From positions 1 to 64,000 of the forward strand of contig NIVC01001100.1 in assembly GCA_002269645.1 (NCBI GenBank): 64,000 nucleotides of DNA. The letters run 5' to 3'. Every line of letters starts with the position of its first letter. Positions within the stretch are counted from its first letter, which is position 1. Positions 13,553-23,980 of the stretch are shown here, piece after piece. Below the pieces are notes generated by a model that was not told where the DNA came from, did not search any database, and worked only from the letters and a program-made list of their open reading frames with translations. A program made the translations under genes and the position numbers. The stretch comes from Macrostomum lignano. Its lineage: Eukaryota.

Positions 13553-14158
13553 CTGCAGCCTTGCAAGCCGCTCTTTAGCCGCCGCCGTCTCCCGCTGGGC
13601 CAGCGCTCTTCGCACGCTGAGCTGAGCCGCTCCGACCAGCAGATCGAGATTGGCGGAGGTGGCGCAGGCGTCGGAGAACCAGCGGCAGCTGTAGGTGAGG
13701 CCCTGCAGCTGGTCAAAGGCGGCCACCGGCAGCATCACAGTGTCAGCAGCTGCTTCCTTGCGCAGCTCAACTGCTGAAGCCGCGAACACAGCCGTGTCCT
13801 CCGCGCCGGCAGCAGCAGCAGGTGCGCCACACTGCCGCAGGGCTGGATCACCCGGCCGGTGAACAATCTAAGGCCCGCACGCTGACTCGCCGAGAGCTTC
13901 AGCCGGTCAGACAGTGTGTCTGCAGCTTCCGTCAGTTGGCTAATCAGCTTCATCAGTGCCGGGCACAGCGGACAAGCAACATCGTGAATTCCTCGCAGCA
14001 GCCGCATCTCCTCAGCGGTGACGTGCGCGTTCCGGCGGAGTCGAACGCTCGGCAGGCAGTTCGGCGCCCTAGCGTCGACCTCCAGGCTGAGTCGTTCGGA
14101 GGTGCCGCGGAGTCGCAAACTGCTCAAGTACAGTCCCGGCTCCTGGGGCGCTTGAGAT
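13553..14158 (-). CDS. ANKFN1: ANKFN1-like exon 3 (one -1 frameshift ~13807)
   Basis: GLYLSSLRL...CLPSVRLRRNAHVTAEE and ETAAAKERL match the conserved ANKFN1 C-terminal region; AATCAG acceptor, GTTAGT donor; length 606+1 restores phase. Confidence 0.75.
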
Positions 14159-14249
14159 CTGATTATTGGTGTTGAAAAAAATTAACTTGTTTCTTGTTTT
14201 TAATGTACACCGACTCAAGTTCTGGATTCTTTTTCCACCTAACTTCAGC

Positions 14250-14525
14250 CACCCGCCCGTTTTCCTTCCCTCTCCGTACACTGACAGCCACCACCCAGTT
14301 TTCCTTCCCTCTCCGTACACTGACAGCCACCACCCCAGTTTTCCTTCCCTCTCCGTAAACTGACAGCCACCCCAGTTTTGCTTCCCTCTCCGTACACTGA
14401 CGGTCACCCCAGTTTTGCTTCCCTCTCCGTACACTGACAGCCACCCCAGTTTTGCTTCCCTCTCCGTACACTGACAGCCACCCCAGTTTTCCTTCACCTC
14501 TCCGTACACTGACGGTCACCCCAAC
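14250..14525. repeat. ~37-bp minisatellite
   Basis: CCCCAGTTTTGCTTCCCTCTCCGTACACTGACAGCCA units. Confidence 0.9.
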
Positions 14526-14548
14526 CATGATCACACCTCGGAACCTAC

Positions 14549-15197
14549 CTGGCCGAAAACGCCACAACCTCCGCCAACAGGCGGCCTGTCAAAAGTTCGC
14601 CGCCTGACGCTACGGACGCCCATCGACAGCCGGTGGCGGTCAGCGCCGCAGCAGCTTCTTGGTCGTCGGCGGCGACCCAGCCGACCAGCAGGAGGTGCCG
14701 GCTGGTTGCAGTCAGCGGACGAGGAAACGCCAGCAGCTGCAGCTGCGCAGTTCCCGGACAGCGCGAGCCACTCAGAGCCGTCTGCAACGCCCGACCGGCC
14801 TTGAGAATGGCGGCCCTAGCCAGCAGCTGCGGCGGCAAAGCTGTTTGATCTGCATCCTTGTCGTCGCAGACAAGCCGCTCTAGCCTATCCAACACGGCAC
14901 CGAAGCAGGGCGAGTCAGTGAGCAGCCGGGACAGCCACGGAAGCTCGCCCTGAGCACTCGCCAGATCGCAACCGACAGCCGAGTGGGGCAGGACTTCGTC
15001 TTTAGTCAGCAGCACTTTCTCAGCGGCTTCGAACCCGTGGCGCGGCTCAAGGAAGACTGCGGCGGTCAGGTAGAGCCTGTCAGGCTTGGGCCGGCGTGTC
15101 AGCTTGGAGTCGCCAAGGCCCGCGAACGAGGCGAACAGGCGGCGAAGACCGCCGGCTCTGTGATGCAAACTCGAGTGGTGCTCCACGCCGTTGGGTT
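14549..15197 (-). CDS. ANKFN1: ANKFN1-like exon 2
   Basis: RLYLTAAVF...KVLLTKDEVLP resembles the ANKFN1 post-FN3 region; CCCAG acceptor, GTAGGT donor, phase 1-2. Confidence 0.75.
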
Positions 15198-15239
15198 CTG
15201 GGCGGGTTGGGAGCGGGTTGTTTGTTTTCTAATTGGGGC

Positions 15240-15835
15240 TTGTGACCTCAGAATCTAACACGTCGTGACCTCAGAATCTAACAGGTCGTGACCTCAATCA
15301 CTAACAGGGCGTGACCTCAGAATCTAACACGTCGTGACCTCAGAATCTAACACGTCGTGACCTCAGAATCTAACAGGGCGTGACCTCAGAATCTAACAGG
15401 CTGTGACCTCAGAATCTAACAGGTCGTGACCTCAGAAGCTAACAGGTCGTTACCTCAGAATCTAACACGTGACCTCAGAATCTAACACGTCGTGACCTCA
15501 GAATCTAACACGTCGTGACCTCAGAATCTAACACGTCGTGACCTCAGAATCTAACACGTCGTGACCTCAGAATCTAACAGGGCGTGACCTCAGAATCTAA
15601 CAGGCTGTGACCTCAGAATCTAACAGGCTGTGACCTCAGAATCTAACAGGTCGTGACCTCAGAATCTAACAGGGCGTGACCTCAGAATCTAACAGGGCGT
15701 GACCTCAAAATCTAACACGTCGTGACCTCAGAATCTAACAGTCGTGACTTGAGAATGACCTCATGACCTCAGGATGTGAACTCAGGTTGTGACCTCAGGA
15801 TGTGACCTCAGAATGTGACACGATGTGACCTTGTA
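15240..15835. repeat. 23-bp minisatellite
   Basis: (GTGACCTCAGAATCTAACAGGTC)n. Confidence 0.95.
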
Positions 15836-15876
15836 ATGTGAAACGATGTGACCTCACATCGCACATGTCAACTCAC

Positions 15877-17317
15877 CGTCGCCATCCTGAACGCCGCGGT
15901 CTTTCAGCCAGGCGGCCAGCTCAGAGTTCAACGACACTCTCAACTGGGACACTGCGGCCAGCGGCGGAGGCGCCATCGGTCTGTCGCTGGCAGCAGCCTC
16001 GGCCGCATCCGCCTGCCACCAGGCCGACGGAACAACGTCGCCCTCGTCAGCGTAGGCGAAGCGACTCCAGCCGGCCAACCCGAAGGCGGACACCCGTACG
16101 GACACGGGCAGACCGGACGCGAGGCCGCTGATCAAGCAGCTGACCGACGGCTGCCTGATGGCCACTTCCCGGCTGCTCCAGTCGGCGCCGACGTCCGGCT
16201 GGCGCCAGTCGACTCGAAAAAGCGCCGCCGTTGGGGCCAACATAGCGACGTCTGTCAGCAGAGTGACTTGAACGGCGTCGGCCGAGACGGCCTCCACGCT
16301 GACGCTTGACGGCGGATTCGGCGGCTGCAGGAGGCGAAGGCAGGACAGGAGGGTTGCGGCGGCCTCGCTGCCGGTCTGGTCAGCCAGGCGGGAGAGATGC
16401 CGCTCCATGCCGTCCAGCGGCCGAGGGTTGTTGGCCCCCGCGGCCGACGCCTCCTGGTTGTTGGCGGACTGCAGAGCCGCTGCTGACGCCCGATGGTCGA
16501 GCAGCATGGCCAGCTCCAGCGGGCACAGCTGCAGCTCGTTGGTGCACCCAGCCAGGTGAGGCCGGCGGGACAGAATCTCGCCAACCGCACTGGCGTCGTT
16601 GGATTCCACGGCCTCGAATAGCCTGCGAGCGTCCTCCTGCAGAGTGGTGGTGACGGCTGGAGCTTCCGTCCTGCCCGGAACTGGTCGGCGAGAATGCTGC
16701 CTGGTGCTGCTGCTGCCGCTTCCGGCTACGCTTCCGGTCGCGCTTCCGGTGGAACTTCCTGATGGAGCTACTGCTACGGAGCGAAGATTTAGTTCTACAT
16801 CATGATTGACACTTCCGGTTGCGCTTCCGGTGGCACTTCCGAAATTTCAAACGCAGTTGCTACGGAGCGAGGATTGTAGCTTCATTCTGGCGAGCACTTC
16901 CGGCTGCGCTTCCGGTGATATCTGATGGCGCGACTACTACGGAGCGAAGATTAAAGTCTACGGCCTGGTTGGCACTTCCGGTGGCATGTCCAGAGCGAAG
17001 ATCGTAGCTCCCATTCTCGCGAGCACTTCCGGTGGTGTTTATCGATGCGGCTCCTGCCTGACGGGCACTTCCGGTGGTGTTTATCGATGCGGCTCCTTCC
17101 TGACGGGCACTTCCGGTCCAAGCGGCTGCATTGGCGGTCATCCCGTTCAGCTGCATCAACTCCCAGCTGCTTGGAAACCAGGGTGGCTGGCGCTGCTGCT
17201 GTTGCTGAGTCGCCGTCGTCAACTTCGACGTCGGGTCGACGTTGCAACTACGGCGAGTCAACGATGACGATCTTTGATGATGCCGAAGTGGCCGGTGCTG
17301 ATGCTGACGAGGTCTTG

Positions 17318-17348
<31 letters not shown>

Positions 17349-17390
17349 TAGTCTTTGTTGCGGAGCGCCAGAGGCTGGCGGCTGCTGCAT
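15877..17390 (-). CDS. ANKFN1: ANKFN1-like exon 1: polyQ and TGSA repeats, ankyrin repeats, FN3 domain (two -1 frameshifts ~16840, ~16881)
   Basis: LFEAVESND...CPLELAMLLDH (ankyrin-like); PNPPSSVSV...FRVDW...LISGLASGLPVSVRVSAFGLAGWS (FN3); GTGAGT donor at 15876. Start codon uncertain. Confidence 0.75.
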
Positions 17391-17571
17391 GGCGCTACAG
17401 TGCCGCTACATTGGTGGACAGTCAGCTGGGAGTGCCTGCTAGACCTGGCGCGGCGAAGGTTTGAGGAAGAATGCGAGGAAAGCTATAGAAAAGAGCGACT
17501 GCCAGATTAAATGCTCTGATTATTTGGGGTACATGTCAATTAGGGGTTGTGCTCACTAATAGCTAATCATG

Positions 17572-18380
17572 GGGATTTCTCATGGGTAGCTGATCAGGGG
17601 GATTTCTCATTGGTAGCTGATCAGGGGATTTCTCATGGGTAGCTGATCAGGTGGATTTCTCATGGATACCTGATCAGGGGGATTTCTCATTGGTAGCTGA
17701 TCAGGGGATTTCTCATGGGTAGCTGATCAGGGGATTTCTCATTGGTAGCTGATCAGGGGGATTTCTCATTGGTAGCTGATCAGGGGATTTCTCATGGGTA
17801 GCTGATCAGGTGGATTTCTCATGGATACCTGATCAGGGGAATTTCTCATTGGTAGCCGATCAGGGGGAATTTCATGGGAGCTGATCAGGGTGGAATTCTC
17901 ATTGGTAGCTAATCAGGGGGAATTCTCATTGGTAGCTAATCAGGGGGAATTCTCATTGGTAGTTGATCAGGGGAATTCTCAATGGTAGCTGATCAGGGGG
18001 AACTCTCATTGGTAGCTGATCAGGGGGAATTCTCACTGGTAGCTGATCAGGGGGAACTCTCATTGGTAGCTGATCAGGGGGAATTCTCATTGGAAGCTGA
18101 TCAGGGGGAATTCTCATTGGTAGCTGATCAGGGGGAATTCTCATTGGAAGCTGATCAGGGGGAATTCTCATTGGTAGCTGATCAGGGGGAATTCTCAATT
18201 GTAGCTGATCAGGGGGAATTCTCATTGGTAGCTGATCAGGGGGAATTCTCATTGGAAGCTGATCAGGGGGAATTCTCATTGGTAGCTGATCAGGGGGAAT
18301 TCTCAATTGTAGCTGATCAGGGGAATTCTCATTGGTAGCTGATCAGGGGAATTCTCATTGGAAGCTGATCAGGGGGAATG
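17572..18380. repeat. 27-bp minisatellite
   Basis: (CTGATCAGGGGGAATTCTCATTGGTAG)n. Confidence 0.95.
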
Positions 18381-19449
18381 CTCACAAGGACTACTCAAAA
18401 TACATTACGGAGATAAAGTTTTCATTTTTTCAGCAAAAAAAATTTTTCGCTTTTGATAGTTACGAGTAAGCAGACCCAATGTTCATCTTTTGATATGTCT
18501 TACCCTTCTTATAGCTCTATTGATATTCATAAAATTAGTATTCATAAATTCTATATCCTACGTACAACCGTACGTTGTTGCCGAAAAGAATCATAAAAAT
18601 GGCACATCTCGACCCATTTTTGGTTTTATGAATCTATTTGATCATTTTTAGCTTGATGATGATTGTTAAGCTCAAAAATAGAACCTCTTACCTGGTTCCA
18701 GATTGCAGAGCGAGTGAAACAGAAGAATCCAATGGTATCAGTTAGCAGCTGAATGGTATTTCACAGCATTCGGGTGTCACAATATTTTATATAAAGAGGA
18801 CCGATGAGACTCAACACGAACTCAAGAAGATCTGATGAGAGACAAGAGACGAACATGACAGCGGGTCAAAACTACCCCACCTTTTAGCCCGCAGGAGTTT
18901 AATGAGAACCGCGACAAACCCCTGCTGCTGTTTCTCTATTCATCTCACAGCTCGCATGCAGCGAGTTTGGCTCGGCAAACTCCGCCATCTCAAAGTGTAC
19001 ACAGCAACACAACCCCTGCCCCCCCCCCCTAGGACTATACAGAGCCACTGCTTGAGCATGGCGTGCTTTCAATTGTTTTCCTGTCTAGCAAATCTCTTTG
19101 CTATTAGTTTTGCAGTTGGGTCTGTTTGATAGACAGAAACACATAGCCAGCCTCTCTAAGAATTAAGTACGCTCTGATGATGCATATAATATGCTGTGCG
19201 TTGAACAGTGAGAATCAGATTTCAATGTTTTTTCAAGTCCATTGCTTTTAAGATGTTTCAAACAGTTATTAATGTTTGCTGCAGCAATTGAGCACGATAA
19301 AAATGCATCGATAGCAAAGGCTTTCATTATATTTGTTGCATAAAAAACTAGACATCGAATGTATTCACAAATTTTCTGTTAAGCCTGATAAAATAGATGA
19401 TTAGTTACAAAAGCAAACACCCGCAATTATAAAGTAACATTTGAATTAC

Positions 19450-20010
19450 TCATATGACCCAATTCGGTAGGTCAATGACCCTTTTGAATCACACAAGTAG
19501 GTTAATGACCTTTATGACTCACACAAGTAAGTCAATGACCCTTATGACTCACACAAGTAGATCAATGACCTTTATGACTCACACAAGTAGATCAATGACC
19601 TTTATGACTCACACAAGTAGGCCAATGACCTGACTCACACAAGTAGGTTAATGACCTTTATGACTCACACAAGTAAGTCAATGACCCTAATGACTCACAC
19701 AAATAAGCTATCAATGACCTTTATGACTCACACAAGTAGGTCAATGACCTTTATCACTCACACAAGTAGGTCAATGACCTTTATGACTCACACAAGTAGG
19801 TCAATGACCTTTATGACTCACACAAGTAAGTCAATGACCCTTATGACTCACACAAGTAGATCAATGACCTTTATGACTCACACAAGTAGGCCAATGACCT
19901 GACTCACACAAGTAGGTTAATGACCCTTATGACTCACACAAGTAGGCCAATGACCTGACTCACACAAGTAGGTTAATGACCCTTATGACTCACACAAGTA
20001 GGTCAATGGC
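19450..20010. repeat. 30-bp minisatellite
   Basis: (ATGACTCACACAAGTAGGTCAATGACCTTT)n. Confidence 0.95.
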
Positions 20011-20072
20011 CCCCGAATGATACGCATAGATAAATGACCGTATGACCAAGCATGGATAACAGACAGAAATAG

Positions 20073-20366
20073 TCATTTGGCAGAGTCCCCAGTTCCGTCC
20101 ACTTCCCACAGGTGAATATTCTTAGCCTTAACCGCTCGCATTACGCACTCCTTGTAGGATGAGAACAACGAGTCGCAGTCGTTAGTTCGCTGGCCCTGAA
20201 GAAATCTGGGAAAGAAATCTTTAAAGCAGGCATCGTACTGCTCTTTGAGCTGGTTGCACTCGGGGCTGAGGCTGGGAACGCTGGGCAGAGTGGCTGGCAG
20301 CGAGGGCTCCGTCTGCTGCTTCTGCTTATCTGCTGTGGCCTCGCTTGTTGGCTGATTGGTTGCCAT
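20073..20366 (-). CDS. TRIAP1: TRIAP1/Mdm35 mitochondrial intermembrane-space lipid-transfer chaperone
   Basis: Twin CX9C (CNQLKEQYDAC, CDSLFSSYKEC) with the FLQG and KAKNI pattern of Mdm35/TRIAP1; intronless. Confidence 0.88.
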   Translation of the reverse strand: MATNQPTSEATADKQKQQTEPSLPATLPSVPSLSPECNQLKEQYDACFKDFFPRFLQGQRTNDCDSLFSSYKECVMRAVKAKNIHLWEVDGTGDSAK

Positions 20367-20574
20367 GCAAGATTAGAGCATACCGTCCTTTCTTTGGCTA
20401 TGGACTTTCTAATTAGCTGAGCATTCAGCTGAAATCAAGATTGATAAGTTCACCCGGTTAATACAGGTAGTACGAGTCTGCTTGAGAAACAGGTGCATGA
20501 CTCTAAATGGCCTGTACATAACTCGTATGACCCATGTCAGCGACAGGTCTATGACTGAATGACCTCTGTGTCTA

Positions 20575-21240
20575 ACGTGATTATGACTCAAAAACTCTCT
20601 GTTTCTGAGATTATGACTCAATCATCCCTCGTGTCTAACGTGATTATGACTCAATCACCTCCTGTGTCTTTGATTATGACTGAATCACCTCCTGTGTCTT
20701 TGATTATGACTGAATCACCTCCTGTGTCTTTGATTATGACTAAATAACCCCCACGTCTTTGATTATGACTCATCATCCCTGTATCTTTGATTATGACTCA
20801 AGCATCCCTGTATCTTTGATTATGACTCAATCATCCCTGTATCTTTGATTATGACTCAATAACCCCCATGTGTCTTTGATTATGACTCATCATCCCCTGT
20901 GTCTTTGATTATGACTCAAGCATCCCTGTATCTTTGATTATGACTCAAGCATCCCTGTATCTTTGATTATGACTCAAGCATCCCTGTATCTTTGATTATG
21001 ACTCAATCATCCCTGTATCTTTGATTATGACTCAATAACCCTGTGTCTTTGATTATGACTCAATCATCCCCTGTATCTTTGATTATGACTCAATCATCCC
21101 CTGTATCTTTGATTATGACTCAATAACCCCGTGTCGTTGATTATGACTCAATAACCCCATGCGTCTTTGATAATGACTCAATCGCCCCTGTGACTTTGAT
21201 AATGACTCAATCGCCCCTGTGTGGCAAGTATATGACTCTA
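20575..21240. repeat. ~29-bp minisatellite
   Basis: (TTGATTATGACTCAATCATCCCTGTATCT)n. Confidence 0.95.
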
Positions 21241-21506
21241 CGAAACCTTTATAGAGAGGCTTCCCAAATTGCTTGACTTTCTGAAGCGTGTGTTAAAGAT
21301 CCATGACTCAACGCACTACCAACCATAAGCAGGTGAGTAGAGATAAAAGATAGCGCCGTAAATAATAAATTTCGGTAATTACATAACTGTTTACTAACAG
21401 CATTAAGTCTAACTTAGTTTAATACACAATAGAATAAAAGAGATTTACAAAAGCAGTAAAGTTATTATTAGTACATATTGCAATTAACTGTAATTAGTTA
21501 AAAGCT

Positions 21507-22029
21507 TCAAAGAACGCCAACAAACTGTTGCTCCCCGACTGGCATATTAATTTCATCATCAGCTTCCAGCTGTCCAGCATCTGCCTCATCCTCCTGGCGA
21601 ACCGGAACCCGACAGCTAAGCAGAGGCTCAACATCGGCAGATGCAGCCTCCTTATGCCGAGTCTCCAGGTGCTTGCGCAGGTGACTCTTCTGCTTGAAGC
21701 AGAGCCGATTCGGGCACAGCGGGCACAACAGCAGGTATTTTGGATGGACATTCTTCCTGTGCTGCAGGTACTGATACCGGCTGCTAAACACTTTGTCGCA
21801 ATGGACACAAGTCAGCCGATCAATGCTAGTTGAAGTGTTATTGTGCTTAGTGGACAGGTGCTGGGACAGGCCGGAGCGGCTGCTGAAGGACTTCTCGCAC
21901 AGGTGGCACACAGTGGCCGCTGGGCCGCCAGCCCGGCTGCCGGGTGTGGAGACGGGCAGGATTGGCGGCTCGCAGTCCTCCAGAGCGGGGTGGGCGCTCA
22001 GCAGATGGCTGTGCAGGAGGCGGGAAGAT
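21507..22029 (-). CDS. C2H2 zinc-finger protein, exon 2
   Basis: CCGCAG acceptor completes a finger split by the intron (CEHCGRAYA/SSRLLHSHLLSAH); three more C2H2 fingers; TGA. Confidence 0.85.
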
Positions 22030-22049
22030 CTGCGGTGGAGGGAAAATGA

Positions 22050-23340
22050 GTTATCCTCGGTTAGCGATCTCAAATATCCCAAATCCTCGGTTAGCGATCC
22101 CAAATATCCCAAATCCTCGGTTAGCGATCCCAAATATCCTAAATCCTCGGGTTAGCGATCCCAAATATCCCAAATCCTCGGTTAGCGATCCCAAATATCC
22201 TAAATCCTCGGTTAGCGATCCCAAATATCCTAAATCCTCGGTTAGCGATCCCAAATATCCCAAATCCTCGGTTAGCGATCCCAAATATCCTAAATCCTCG
22301 GTTAGCGATCCCAAATATCCCAAATCCTCGGTTAGCGATCCCAAATATCCTAAATCCTCGGGTTAGCGATCCCAAATATCCCAAATCCTCGGTTAGCGAT
22401 CCCAAATATCCCAAATCCTCGGTTAGCGATCCCAAATATCCCAAATCCTCGGTTAGCGATCCCAAATATCCTAAATCCTCGGTTAGCGATCCCAAATATC
22501 CTAAATCCTCGGTTAGCGATCCCAAATATCCCAAATCTTCGGTTAGCGATCCCAAATATCCTAAATCCTCGGTTAGCGATCCCAAATATCCTAAATCCTC
22601 GGGTTAGCGATCCCAAATATCCCAAATCCACAGATAGCGATCCCAAATCCTCAGAAAACGATCCCAAATCCTCAGATAGCAATCCTAAATCCTCATAAAG
22701 CAATCCCAAATCCTCATATAGCAACCCCAATTCCTCAGAAAGCAATTTCAAATCCTCAGAAAGCGATCCCAAATCCTCATATAGCGATCCCAAATCCTCA
22801 GATAGCGATCCCAAATCCTCAGAAAGCGATCCCAAATCCTCAGATAGCGATCCCAAATCCTCAGATAGCGATCCCAAATCCTTAGATAGCGATCCCAAAT
22901 CCTCAGATAGCAATTCCAAATCCTCAGATAGCAATCCCAAATCCTCAGATAACAATCCCAAATCCCCAGATAGCAATCCCAAATCCTCAGATAGCGATCC
23001 CAAATCCTCAGATAGTGATCCCAAATCCTCAGATAGCGATCCCAAATCCTCAGATAGCGATCCCAAATCCTCAGATAGCGATCCCAAATCCTCAGAAAGC
23101 GATCCCAAATCCTCAGATAGCGATCCCAAATCCTCAGATAGCAATTCCAAATCCTCAGATAGCAATCCCAAATCCTCAGATAACAATCCCAAATCCTCAG
23201 ATAGCAATCCCAAATCCTCAGATAGCGATCCCAAATCCTCAGATAGCGATCCCAAATATCCCAAGAACCCAAGGCTAGCGATCCCAAATCCTCAGATAGC
23301 GATCCCAAATATCCCAAGAACCCAAGGCTAGCGATCCCAA
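22050..23340 (-). repeat. 30/21-bp satellite, family A (inverted relative to 9895-10735)
   Basis: Plus strand reads GGTTAGCGATCCCAAATATCCCAAATCCTC then CCCAAATCCTCAGATAGCGAT; fills the ZnF intron. Confidence 0.95.
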
Positions 23341-23360
23341 ATGCTCAGTTTAGCGCTCAC

Positions 23361-23980
23361 GCATAGGCCCGTCCGCAGTGCTCGCACACGTGAATGGCTC
23401 TCAGCTTGGATGAAGCCACGGCCACAGCCGCGGACGCGGAGACGGGCTGCGAGGCTGGCGCGGCACTGGCTGAGGCCACAGCGACCAGGGCGCCAGCGGA
23501 ATCGTCATGTTGAACCAGCTGATGCTGCAGCAGCTGCCACTTGCGCTGAGCAGAGTGACCGCAGAGTCCGCAGACCAGCAGCTCGAGATGAGTAGCCATA
23601 TGAGCCGCCAGAGTAGAACCAGTAGAATCTTCATCAGAAACCACGGTCTGCTTGCACAGAGGGCAGGTGCCTCGCAGTTGATGAGGCTCAGCAGGAAGCT
23701 GGGACACGCTAACTGTAGAGTCAGCATATCGAATCTCTGTGCCATCAAGTCTGATCTGCTCCTCCAGACGCGGCTCGGCGGTCAGCACAGCTCTGCGCCA
23801 TTTCGGTCGGTGCCGAATTCGAAGCAGCACAATGCAGGGCAGGCTGCGGCTGGAGAGGCCCCGGGTAATGCCCTCAGTGACCGCCGGTTCGAGACTGTCC
23901 AGCGATATTTTCGGTATGTCGTCATAGAAATAGACAAATTTGTTTAACTGACGGCCAATGAAAACTCTGCCTACAGCCAT
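23361..23980 (-). CDS. C2H2 zinc-finger protein, exon 1 (about 380 aa total, six fingers)
   Basis: ATG at 23980; fingers CPLC...H...H and CGLCGHSAQRKWQLLQHQLVQH; GTGAGC donor, phase 2. Confidence 0.82.

Noticed and set aside
18691-18750. Minus-strand exon-like segment (CATTCAG...CAG|GTAAGA) upstream of ANKFN1
   Set aside because: Could be a 5' UTR exon, but there is no coding or homology support, so it is not listed as a feature.
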